Below the pieces are notes generated by a model, which saw nothing but the letters and a program-made list of their open reading frames with translations, was not told the DNA's origin and searched no databases. The position numbers and the translations under genes were made by a program. A DNA stretch of 29,640 nucleotides from an uncultured archaeon. GTDB taxonomy: Archaea > Asgardarchaeota > Lokiarchaeia > Sigyniarchaeales > SOKP01. The DNA lies in the NCBI GenBank assembly GCA_964388035.1, contig CAYLZE010000064.1:1-29640 (forward strand). The letters run 5' to 3'. Shown here one piece after another: positions 17,985 to 26,662 of this stretch (positions are counted from its first letter, which is position 1; each line of letters opens with the position of its first letter).

Positions 17985-18770
17985 TTGCAAATGATGGATT
18001 GGAGACTTTTACCTTTAGAAACTAAAAATGGATATTTCAACATGGCTTTAGATGAAGCAATCTTAGAAGCAGTAATTCTTCAAAAATCACCAAATACAGT
18101 AAGATTTTATAAATGGGACCCTTCTACTGCAAGTATTGGGAGGAATCAAAGCCTAAATAGAGAAATTAACATCAATTACTCCAAAAATGCAGGATTCAAC
18201 ATTGTTCGAAGAATTACTGGGGGTGGGGCTGTATTTCATGACAATACTGGTGAGATCACTTATTCTATTATCTGTCCGATTAAATTCTTAAAAAGTCTTA
18301 ATGCTACTAAAGTGATCGATCAATTTGAGATAATAACTCACGGAATTGTAAGGGGTCTTAGGATATACGGACTACTTCCAGAAAAAGGAATTATTCATTG
18401 TCCTGCCTTGTTTCTTGATGGAAAAAAATTTTCGGGCAATGCTCAAGTCCGAAAACGAGGATATCTACTTCAACATGGTACCATCTTGTTAGAAATTAAT
18501 CCCGATTTGATGTATTCGGTGCTTAAAGCCCCTCCCAATGTAGGAAAATCAAGAATGGTACGTTCAGTAAGAGCTAAATGTATTGGAATAAAAGAACAAA
18601 TAGAATTATACGATGAAGGTAAGTTTATTTCATGTTTAATCAAGGGATTTGAAAATACATTAAATATCAATTTAGTAGAAGGAACATTCTCAGAATATGA
18701 GTTAGACCTTGCTGAGAACCTTGTTGAAACTAAATATTCGAGAAAATGGTGGTTGAATAAATATGAATAG
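17985..18770 (+). CDS. Lipoate-protein ligase / octanoyltransferase family catalytic domain (LplA-N or LipM-like)
   Basis: NMALDEAIL, TVRFYKW, SIGRNQ, VRRITGGGAVFHD, GKKFSGNAQ, LLQHGTI. No C-terminal LplB domain. Start is TTG 17985 or ATG 17991/17994. Confidence 0.92.
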   Translation: MQMMDWRLLPLETKNGYFNMALDEAILEAVILQKSPNTVRFYKWDPSTASIGRNQSLNREININYSKNAGFNIVRRITGGGAVFHDNTGEITYSIICPIKFLKSLNATKVIDQFEIITHGIVRGLRIYGLLPEKGIIHCPALFLDGKKFSGNAQVRKRGYLLQHGTILLEINPDLMYSVLKAPPNVGKSRMVRSVRAKCIGIKEQIELYDEGKFISCLIKGFENTLNINLVEGTFSEYELDLAENLVETKYSRKWWLNKYE

Positions 18771-19815
18771 AACCAAATTATACGAAAATTTAAAAAATGA
18801 ACGTGTTTCATGGGACGAACTTTCCGATATTTTTAAAATGGAAAAAGAAGATATTGACCAAATACTTCCATTTACTTTTAAAACAAAAACTAAACATTTT
18901 GGTAAGGACCTGAAAATTTATCTTCCTGGAAAAAAGTTTCCCTCAATAAGTATTACGGGTTCTGAGTGTAAATTAAATTGTGAGCATTGTAATAAAAAGT
19001 ATATAAAAAGCATGCAATCATTTGTAAGTGAAACTAAATTAGAAGAATTTTTAATTTCTTTATGGAATAATGGGGGGATTGGGGCCTTAATTTCTGGTGG
19101 ATGTGAAGAAGATGGTTCAGTCCCAATAGCACCCTATCTTGATACAATTTTAAAAATAAAACAAAAAACAAAATTAATCATCAATGCTCATCCCGGACTT
19201 CTTAATGCATTAACTGCTCAGATGCTAGCAAAATCAAAGATAGATATAATCTCATTTGATATCACGACGGATCAAGATATAATGAAAGAGATATATCATC
19301 TTGATGTTGGAATAGAAGAATATGAAAGCGCAATAAAAAAAATGCAAGAAAACAACCTCAATATCGTGCCACATCTCTGTATTGGCCTCTATTATGGGAA
19401 ATTACATAAGGAATTAGATTCAATAAAATTCATTAAAAGTCATTTTTCAAATCCTAAAATAATAGTTGCAATAGCTTTAATTCCTCCCAAGGAATCAAAA
19501 AAGAAGTTTTCAATACCGGAGACTCTTGATATTATTAAAATTTTAGTTATTTTAAGATTAACTTTTCCACACACAGAAATAGCATTGGGTTGCATGAGAC
19601 CAAAAAATAAGAATAAAGAAGAATTAGAAAAGCTTGCAATTAAAGCAGGAATTAATAGAATCGTTCTCCCTTCAAGAAAAACGATCAAATGGATTAAAAA
19701 TGATCAATTTGATATAAATTTAAAATACTTTAGTGCATGTTGTGCATTACCCCAAGAATACGAAATATTAGCTAAAAGTAATGATGAAGATATTGTAGGA
19801 TATTCAAAAATATAA
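18763..19815 (+). CDS. lipS1: Radical SAM lipoyl synthase component, LipS1-type
   Basis: SISITGSECKLNCEHC, LISGGC, and the GCMR and CC motifs I recall for Thermococcus LipS1. Overlaps the upstream stop by 8 nt. Confidence 0.85.
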   Translation: MNRTKLYENLKNERVSWDELSDIFKMEKEDIDQILPFTFKTKTKHFGKDLKIYLPGKKFPSISITGSECKLNCEHCNKKYIKSMQSFVSETKLEEFLISLWNNGGIGALISGGCEEDGSVPIAPYLDTILKIKQKTKLIINAHPGLLNALTAQMLAKSKIDIISFDITTDQDIMKEIYHLDVGIEEYESAIKKMQENNLNIVPHLCIGLYYGKLHKELDSIKFIKSHFSNPKIIVAIALIPPKESKKKFSIPETLDIIKILVILRLTFPHTEIALGCMRPKNKNKEELEKLAIKAGINRIVLPSRKTIKWIKNDQFDINLKYFSACCALPQEYEILAKSNDEDIVGYSKI

Positions 19816-19834
19816 CTTATTTAAAAATTATAAA

Positions 19835-20251
19835 ATGACTCATTTAGATATAATCAAGCAGAAATTTAGGGAAGATAAGTTTGCTAAAGGTTTAGGTATA
19901 ATTCTGGATGATCTTTCTGAAGATCACGTTAAAATGCACATGCTGATTACACCTCAAATGGAAAATTTTTATAATCGTCCACATGGAGGAGCCATTTATG
20001 GATTGGCAGATGTTGCTTTTTCTCTGATAGGTAATAATCAAAATAATATCAGCGTGGCTTTGAGTTGCACGATTAATTATCATTCCAGTCCCGATACTGG
20101 TGAAATTTTATATGTTGAGGGCATTAAAATAGATCAATCTAGAAAAATCGGAACTTTTATGTTTGAACTCTTTAGCAGCAGTGATTTGAAGAAAAAGAAA
20201 GTTGCGACCATGATAAGTACACTTTATCGCACGGGAAAACCTATAGAATAG
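19835..20251 (+). CDS. PaaI-family hotdog-fold acyl-CoA thioesterase
   Basis: FAKGLGI, N-x4-HGGAIYGLAD, VALSCTINY. 138 aa. Confidence 0.9.
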   Translation: MTHLDIIKQKFREDKFAKGLGIILDDLSEDHVKMHMLITPQMENFYNRPHGGAIYGLADVAFSLIGNNQNNISVALSCTINYHSSPDTGEILYVEGIKIDQSRKIGTFMFELFSSSDLKKKKVATMISTLYRTGKPIE

Positions 20252-20267
20252 TAATAATATCTTTTCG

Positions 20268-21695
20268 GTGGTTAAAGTTAAAGCAATTGAAATTATTGGA
20301 TTAGAAAGTTTGCCTCTGATTAAACCTGGAGACGATATTCCTGGAATGATCTTGGAAGCATTGAAACAGGAAAATATTTCCTTAAAAAGCGGAGATGTCT
20401 TACTTATTGCTCAAACAATTATATCAAAAAGCACCAACGTGATAAGAGATTTGAGGGATATTAAACCCTCCAAGAAAGCAATGTCGATTTATGAAGAAAT
20501 GTCTAAGAAGACTGTATCAAAAGGTCTTCCCGAAAAATCTCCTGAACTTATCGAATGCATATTAAATGAATCTAAGAAAATTGTCCAATCTGAGCATGTC
20601 TTAATAACTGAAACTAAACATGGTTTTGTTTGTGCAAATGCTGGAATAGATAAATCTAATGTAGAAGGGGATTTTAAAGTAACATTGCTACCCGTTAATT
20701 CTGATATCGAAGCTGAAAGAATTCGAAAACAAATTGAAGATTTACTAAATATTAAGATTGCAGTAATTATTACAGATTCTTTTGGAAGACCTTTCAGAAA
20801 TGGTGCGATAGGCGCTGCTATTGGGATTTCTGGGATGGAACCATTACTTGATAAAAGAGGTGCGAAAGACTTATACGGATATCAATTACAAACAACAATT
20901 ATTGCTCAAGCGGATAATTTAGCTTCTGCAGCTCAGCTTGTTATGGGAGAAACAAATGAAGGTATCCCTGCAGTTGTTATTCGAGGTTATAGATTTTCAT
21001 ATGCAGAAAAAACCTCCATCAAATCAATTCTCAGAAGTGAAGAAGACGACCTATTTAACAAAGATGAATATTTATTAAATATTGAAAAGTTCTTGAAAAG
21101 TAGAAGAAGTTATAAAGCCAAGTTTTCTGAGAAAGAAGTTAGCCAAATATTAGTCAAGAAATGTATCGAATTTGCACGTTGGGCTCCAAGTGCTCATAAT
21201 TCACAACCTTGGAGATACATGATATTAGAAAAAAATGAAAAGAGAACAGATTTAATAAAAGAAATGAATGCAAAATTAAAGAAAGATTTAGAATCAGATA
21301 GTAAATCTCCCGAATTCATAGCCAATAAAATAAATAAAACAAAAATGAATTTTTTTGAATCCCCTTATTTAATCCTAATATGTTTAGATATAAATGATTT
21401 AGAAATATATAATGATGTTAATCGCTCTCAAAAGGAGGAGCTAATGGGGATACAAAGTGTAAGTTCTTCAATCACCTATTTTTTGTTAGCACTTCATTCC
21501 CAAAAATTAGCTGCTTGTTGGTATTGCGCTCCTCTTTTTTCTTCTGAAATTGTAAAAGAAACCTTACATCTACCAGCATCATATGTGCCTTTAGCATTTG
21601 TCACTGTAGGGTATCCCGAGAGAGAGCAAAAATCACCTCCACGCAAACACATTGATGAAATCATTTTCGATTTGAAATCTAAAGAGGCTCAATAA
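20268..21695 (+). CDS. cofE: F420-0:gamma-glutamyl ligase CofE fused to a C-terminal nitroreductase domain (FbiB-like architecture)
   Basis: CofE motifs LPLIKPGDD, IISK, ANAGIDKSN, ITDSFGRPFRNG, LVMGE, P-x-VVIRG, DDLF (to ~aa 263). Then nitroreductase motifs RRSYK, APSAHNSQPWRY, VGYP, PPRK. Confidence 0.93.
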   Translation: MVKVKAIEIIGLESLPLIKPGDDIPGMILEALKQENISLKSGDVLLIAQTIISKSTNVIRDLRDIKPSKKAMSIYEEMSKKTVSKGLPEKSPELIECILNESKKIVQSEHVLITETKHGFVCANAGIDKSNVEGDFKVTLLPVNSDIEAERIRKQIEDLLNIKIAVIITDSFGRPFRNGAIGAAIGISGMEPLLDKRGAKDLYGYQLQTTIIAQADNLASAAQLVMGETNEGIPAVVIRGYRFSYAEKTSIKSILRSEEDDLFNKDEYLLNIEKFLKSRRSYKAKFSEKEVSQILVKKCIEFARWAPSAHNSQPWRYMILEKNEKRTDLIKEMNAKLKKDLESDSKSPEFIANKINKTKMNFFESPYLILICLDINDLEIYNDVNRSQKEELMGIQSVSSSITYFLLALHSQKLAACWYCAPLFSSEIVKETLHLPASYVPLAFVTVGYPEREQKSPPRKHIDEIIFDLKSKEAQ

Positions 21696-21698
21696 ACT

Positions 21699-22628
21699 AT
21701 GAAAGAAGATATATATGTTATTCTCGCAGGGGGTGTAGGAGCTTCAAAGTTTATTCAAGGCATCGCACCTTTAGTGGATCCTCATCAATTAAAAATCATT
21801 GTAAATACTGGTGATGATATTGAATTATTTGGTCTAAAAATTTGTCCCGATTTAGATATAATAACTTATACTTTAGCAAATCTTATAGATAAAGAAAAAG
21901 GTTGGGGATATATTAATGAGACATTTAATTGTCTAAATATTCTTAAAAAATATTATGAGTTGGACTGGTTTGGTTTGGGTGATAAGGATTTAGCTACCCA
22001 TATTTATAGAACAGACCTTTTTAAAAAAGGATATGCAAAAACACAAATTACTCAAAAAATCTGTTTGAAACTAGGAATAAATCATGAGATTTTTCCCATG
22101 TGTAATGAGCAAGTAGAAACATTAATAAAAACTATCGATAAACTCATGCATTTTGAAGAATACTACATAAAATATTCATCTGAGCCAGAGATAATTGGGA
22201 TTGAATTTAAAGGGATTAAAAATGCAAAAATGATTCCTGCGGTAGAAAAATACCTAGAAAATGCAAAAAAAATTATAATTTGTCCATCAAATCCAATTGT
22301 CTCTATTGGCACTATCCTAAGCGTTGGGGAGATGAGAAAAATTCTCATGAATTATAGAGATAAAGTATATGCTATTAGTCCTATTGTAAAAAATGCCCCC
22401 ATAAAAGGACCTGCTGATAAATTGCTGAAATATTATGGTTTAGAAGTTTCTTGTGTTGGTGTTGCGAAATATTATAAAGATATAATGAAACACTTCATAA
22501 TAGATGAATTAGATCGTTCCAGAATAAATGAAATTGAAAATTTGGGAATAAATGCTTACTGTTTCGATACAATGATGACAAATCAGATGAAAAAAGAAAA
22601 CCTAGCTCGCCATGTTCTTAGTTTATAG
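21699..22628 (+). CDS. cofD: 2-phospho-L-lactate/phosphoenolpyruvate transferase CofD (FbiA)
   Basis: LAGGVGASKF, VNTGDD, CPDLD, LGDKDLATHIYRT, HFEEY, PSNPIVSIG, ISPIV, GPADKL. Confidence 0.95.
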   Translation: MKEDIYVILAGGVGASKFIQGIAPLVDPHQLKIIVNTGDDIELFGLKICPDLDIITYTLANLIDKEKGWGYINETFNCLNILKKYYELDWFGLGDKDLATHIYRTDLFKKGYAKTQITQKICLKLGINHEIFPMCNEQVETLIKTIDKLMHFEEYYIKYSSEPEIIGIEFKGIKNAKMIPAVEKYLENAKKIIICPSNPIVSIGTILSVGEMRKILMNYRDKVYAISPIVKNAPIKGPADKLLKYYGLEVSCVGVAKYYKDIMKHFIIDELDRSRINEIENLGINAYCFDTMMTNQMKKENLARHVLSL

Positions 22629-22662
22629 GGGGCAATTAAAAGTCCATAATAATGCTAAAAAA

Positions 22663-24135
22663 TTAAGTAGTTCCCACTGTAGGGGTTTCACTTACTTCTG
22701 ATCCCTCTTCTTCTTCCACCTCACTTACTCTAACATAATCTCCTACGGATGCTAATATCTCCTTAATTTTTCCTTCCTGTTTCAATCTTAATATGAGGGC
22801 TCTATGCTTAATATAGGAAATTATTCTTGAGATCACGGGAAATAGAAGTAAAATAGGTAACAGCAAAACTAATATAACTTCGGGCGAATATATTGCAACA
22901 CTGTGTGTGATTGATTCTGGTAAGTCAAAAACTTTAACGAAAAACCATTGAGGATGAATAACCACAAAACTAATTAATACTAATAGAATCAATCTATAAA
23001 GTACTATGCCAATTGTGGATAATATCAAGCTTTTCGCCTTAGGCGCAGAAGATTTAGCTGTCAATGTATCCCTTGCATCCTTATCTTCCTTGAATAACCG
23101 ATCAATATATCTACCTAATCGCCGTGTTTTAGAAGCGGCTGTGATTAATTTTTTTTCTTCAGTTTCGAGTTTCTTTCTTTCAATCATTTCTCTAATATAT
23201 GAGATCTTTTGCGTGGTTTTAGCAAACACTTTACTTATCTTAATGCCCTCTAAACCTAGTTCTTCCCTTTTCTTTTTTGCCTCTTCTTTAATCTTATCCA
23301 CATTAGCAGTAATATTGATTGATTCTCTCTCTAATATCTCTAATTGTGCTTCTAATCTACTTTTTCGCTCTAAAGTTGGATTCGTGACATTATCTATGTA
23401 ATTAATTTGAAAGGAAAATTCTAAATAAATATAACAAACGATGGCTAAAATTGCAGCTGGGCTAGATAAAAAGACAAAAAAGTTATCCATTGGAATGGAA
23501 CTTAATCCAACATTAACAGGATTAACCAAACTTTCGAAATATTCTACCCTCAAATTAAAAAGATGTAGCATATCTCTAAATCCAAAGATCATTAAGGGAA
23601 AAACTATCATTAATACAGTAGAACCTACACTCATTAGAGTGAACTTTGGATCGCTATTAAAAATAGATCTAATTACCGATATGATTGAAAATAAAATCAA
23701 TATTTGAAAAATTAACAAGTAAAAATCGCTAGTGAAGCCTAAAAGCTCATTTATTATTAGAGCAGGGACCTCGAATAACTCTGGAACAGTTCCCGAGGGA
23801 AATCTAAACCATAAACTAAAATAATTATAAAAAAAATCGTCAATAAATGAAAACATGTATTGGGAATTAAATTGAGGAAAAACACCCAGAATAAACGTAA
23901 TTATATACGCAAATGAAAAGATTACAATATAAAATAAAATATAAAAAAGGTAAGTGAACATGTTAATTATTCCTTTGAAAAATGATATAATAACTAACTC
24001 TTCTTGAGATGTAGTTATAACCGCTCCAAAATCAAATATCGATGAAAAAATAAGAATTATAAATACGTAGACTAATGCATTTAGACCTCTAAGAATGTAT
24101 AAATAATATCTTGCCATTTTATTCTTTTTTTCCAA
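22663..24135 (-). CDS. Hypothetical polytopic membrane protein with a long charged helical loop
   Basis: About 7 hydrophobic segments flanking a K/E/R-rich stretch (~aa 245-370), and an acidic tail. Start is TTG 24135 or ATG 24117. Confidence 0.8.
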   Translation of the reverse strand: MEKKNKMARYYLYILRGLNALVYVFIILIFSSIFDFGAVITTSQEELVIISFFKGIINMFTYLFYILFYIVIFSFAYIITFILGVFPQFNSQYMFSFIDDFFYNYFSLWFRFPSGTVPELFEVPALIINELLGFTSDFYLLIFQILILFSIISVIRSIFNSDPKFTLMSVGSTVLMIVFPLMIFGFRDMLHLFNLRVEYFESLVNPVNVGLSSIPMDNFFVFLSSPAAILAIVCYIYLEFSFQINYIDNVTNPTLERKSRLEAQLEILERESINITANVDKIKEEAKKKREELGLEGIKISKVFAKTTQKISYIREMIERKKLETEEKKLITAASKTRRLGRYIDRLFKEDKDARDTLTAKSSAPKAKSLILSTIGIVLYRLILLVLISFVVIHPQWFFVKVFDLPESITHSVAIYSPEVILVLLLPILLLFPVISRIISYIKHRALILRLKQEGKIKEILASVGDYVRVSEVEEEEGSEVSETPTVGTT

Positions 24136-24168
24136 TTAGCTTTTAATTATTTTCGATAATATAAATCC

Positions 24169-25497
24169 TCAATAAGCTTTTCCCTTCTTCTTTGCTTCCA
24201 TATATGTTGAAAGTACAAGGTTCATCATATCATCAGGACCGACTGTTATAATATTAGTTCCAAATGTCCGCATTTCCTGTTTTATTTTCAATATATGTTC
24301 CATCATTTCCTCACTAATCGCCTCAGCTAAAGCTTTATCTGCTGATGATAAATCAAGTTCATGGACTTCAAAAAAGGGTGAGAATGGATTAATAATTATT
24401 ATTGTGTGATTAAACGGAATCAACTTTTTTATTGCTTGACTTATTTCTTTCACGTCTGACTCTAAATCAGATATGATGAATATTAGGGATCTTTTTTGAT
24501 GCCTTTTAGTAAAATAACCTATCGCTTCAATCCAAGATGCTTTTGAAGTGCATTTGATTTTAGCAACAAAATCTAATATCTGATAAAAAAAATCATCTCC
24601 TCCTTTAGGATTCAAAAAATTAAAATTTTTTTTATCTGAAAATGTGAATACTCCCACATTATCCCTTCGAGTCAACGCAACTTTAGCTAATAACATGCAA
24701 GCTCTAATAGAGTACTCAAATTTAGTATTTTCTATGGCCCCGCCTGCCATTGATTCTGAAGAATCAAGTATTACCATGACGGTAATATCTCTTTCTGTCT
24801 CGAATTCTCTTACAATCAATTTTTGAGTCCGAACGCTTGCCTTCCAATCGATCATGCGAAATTGATCCCCAAACACATATTTCCTCATACCATAAAATTC
24901 CGATCCTAGGCCTTTTTGTTTAGATCTTAGGGCTCCGAAATTTAATTGAAGTGAACGTTTTGATCCTAATATTTCAATTCTTTTTATATCATCATAAGGT
25001 GGGTAAACTAATATATCGGTAATACTATCTGGCACAATTCTTTCTTCAGAATTGAAGCCTAATCGATCCTTTATGATAATCGAAAGAGGTCCTAAAGGAT
25101 ATTCTCCTCTTACTCTTGGTTCAAGAATATAAGAAAAACTAATTCTCTCTTTTGGGCCAATTCTTGTAGAAATAAAATTTTCACCCAAAATTAATTTAAA
25201 CAAGTCCGGATTAAAATTATCCCGAATTACAAGAAAATCAAAACTATTCTTGCCAATATTTTCAACTATTACCTTGATATGTACGAAATCATCTTTAAAT
25301 ACTTTTTCTTTTTCGATTTCACGATGAACTCTCAGCTCTTCAACGTTCATTTGGTAATAAAAAATAGGTAAACTAATGACGGTGCTAAATATTAGTATAA
25401 TTGCGAAGTAGATCAAAAAATAATTTACAAAAGCAAATCCTGCCGTAAGGAAAAATACAGCAAACATGATCAAGCTTCTTCCTTTACCACCTAGCAT
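24169..25497 (-). CDS. DUF58 / vWA-domain protein (MoxR partner)
   Basis: N-terminal TM hairpin, RGEYPLGP, ILVYP, GSEFYGMRKYVFGDQFRMIDWKAS, MIDAS-like ILDSSESM, IISD. Confidence 0.93.
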   Translation of the reverse strand: MLGGKGRSLIMFAVFFLTAGFAFVNYFLIYFAIILIFSTVISLPIFYYQMNVEELRVHREIEKEKVFKDDFVHIKVIVENIGKNSFDFLVIRDNFNPDLFKLILGENFISTRIGPKERISFSYILEPRVRGEYPLGPLSIIIKDRLGFNSEERIVPDSITDILVYPPYDDIKRIEILGSKRSLQLNFGALRSKQKGLGSEFYGMRKYVFGDQFRMIDWKASVRTQKLIVREFETERDITVMVILDSSESMAGGAIENTKFEYSIRACMLLAKVALTRRDNVGVFTFSDKKNFNFLNPKGGDDFFYQILDFVAKIKCTSKASWIEAIGYFTKRHQKRSLIFIISDLESDVKEISQAIKKLIPFNHTIIIINPFSPFFEVHELDLSSADKALAEAISEEMMEHILKIKQEMRTFGTNIITVGPDDMMNLVLSTYMEAKKKGKAY

Positions 25498-25578
25498 TAT
25501 AATCCACCTTAGACCTTTATTAGAGCTTCTTTAATTAGACTTATAATTTTCTTTTTTTAGTATTCTTTTATAATATGT

Positions 25579-26559
25579 TTAAATGGGAACAGGAATTTCT
25601 TGGATAATATTTTTAATCACGGCTTTGACGTCCAAGCCTTCCAATTCTGCTTCTGGCTTTAGAAGTATTCTATGATTTAATGCAGGAATGGTTAAAGCTC
25701 TCACATCATCCGGTGTAACATAGGTTCTACCTAAAATTGATGCTCTTGCCTTTGAACATTTCATTAAAACCAATGAAGCTCTTGGACCGCAACCTAAAGC
25801 GATTTGTGGATGACTCCTTGTCTTTAATACGATATCTCGGATATATTTTAATATCCGAGCATCAATATAGACATAATTCATTAAGTTCTGTGCTGATATT
25901 ATTTCTTCTGCATTAGTAGTGATATCCACAGAAGGTGATTCTCCCGATAATTGGCGTTTAAGTATCTCTATCTCGTCATCTTGCTCGGGATAATCTAACC
26001 ATAATTTAAATAAAAATCGATCGACTTGTGCTTCCGGTAAAGGATATGTTCCTTCCATTTCTACGGGGTTCTCCGTGGCAATTACCATGAAGGGTTTTTC
26101 TAAAGGAAGAGTTTGACCCTCTATCGTAATTTGGCGTTCAGCCATGGCTTCTAAAAGCGCTGCTTGAGTTTTAGGGGCACTTCTATTAATTTCATCTGCC
26201 AACACGATATTTGAAAAAAGCGGTCCTTTTTGCAAGACAAAAGCCCCTTCATTTTGATCGAAGATTTTTGTGCCCGTGATATCCGCAGGAAGTAAATCTG
26301 GGGTGAATTGGACTCTTCTAAAAGAAATTCCTAAGGTTTTAGCAAAAGTCTTAGCCATCACGGTTTTACCTAAACCTGGAACACCTTCTAGTAAGACATG
26401 CCCGTTTACTAAAAGTGCTATAAAAAGTTGCTGCAGGGTCTCTCCATATCCCACGATGACTCGTGAAACCTCGGATAAAATCGCTTGCGCAATTTCTCTA
26501 ATTGGTTCTACATTTAATTCCTGGTGATTATACATTTTTCCCTTAATTTGCGAATTCAT
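25579..26559 (-). CDS. moxR: MoxR-family AAA+ ATPase
   Basis: GHVLLEGVPGLGKT (Walker A), RVQFTPDLLPADITG, VLADEINR (Walker B), ALLEAM, GTYPLPEAQVDRF. GGTGA SD. Confidence 0.96.
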   Translation of the reverse strand: MNSQIKGKMYNHQELNVEPIREIAQAILSEVSRVIVGYGETLQQLFIALLVNGHVLLEGVPGLGKTVMAKTFAKTLGISFRRVQFTPDLLPADITGTKIFDQNEGAFVLQKGPLFSNIVLADEINRSAPKTQAALLEAMAERQITIEGQTLPLEKPFMVIATENPVEMEGTYPLPEAQVDRFLFKLWLDYPEQDDEIEILKRQLSGESPSVDITTNAEEIISAQNLMNYVYIDARILKYIRDIVLKTRSHPQIALGCGPRASLVLMKCSKARASILGRTYVTPDDVRALTIPALNHRILLKPEAELEGLDVKAVIKNIIQEIPVPI

Positions 26560-26662
26560 ATTCTACATCACCAATATTAATTCTTTTCATTTAAATAAAT
26601 AATAAATTATAAACTTAAATTTAATTAATTTTTTCAATTGCTTTTTCATTTCAACTTAAAAA

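Noticed and set aside
18768-22628. Genome-wide TAG reassignment
   Set aside because: Three genes end in TAG at family-appropriate C-termini and only one internal TAG was found, which is not enough evidence.
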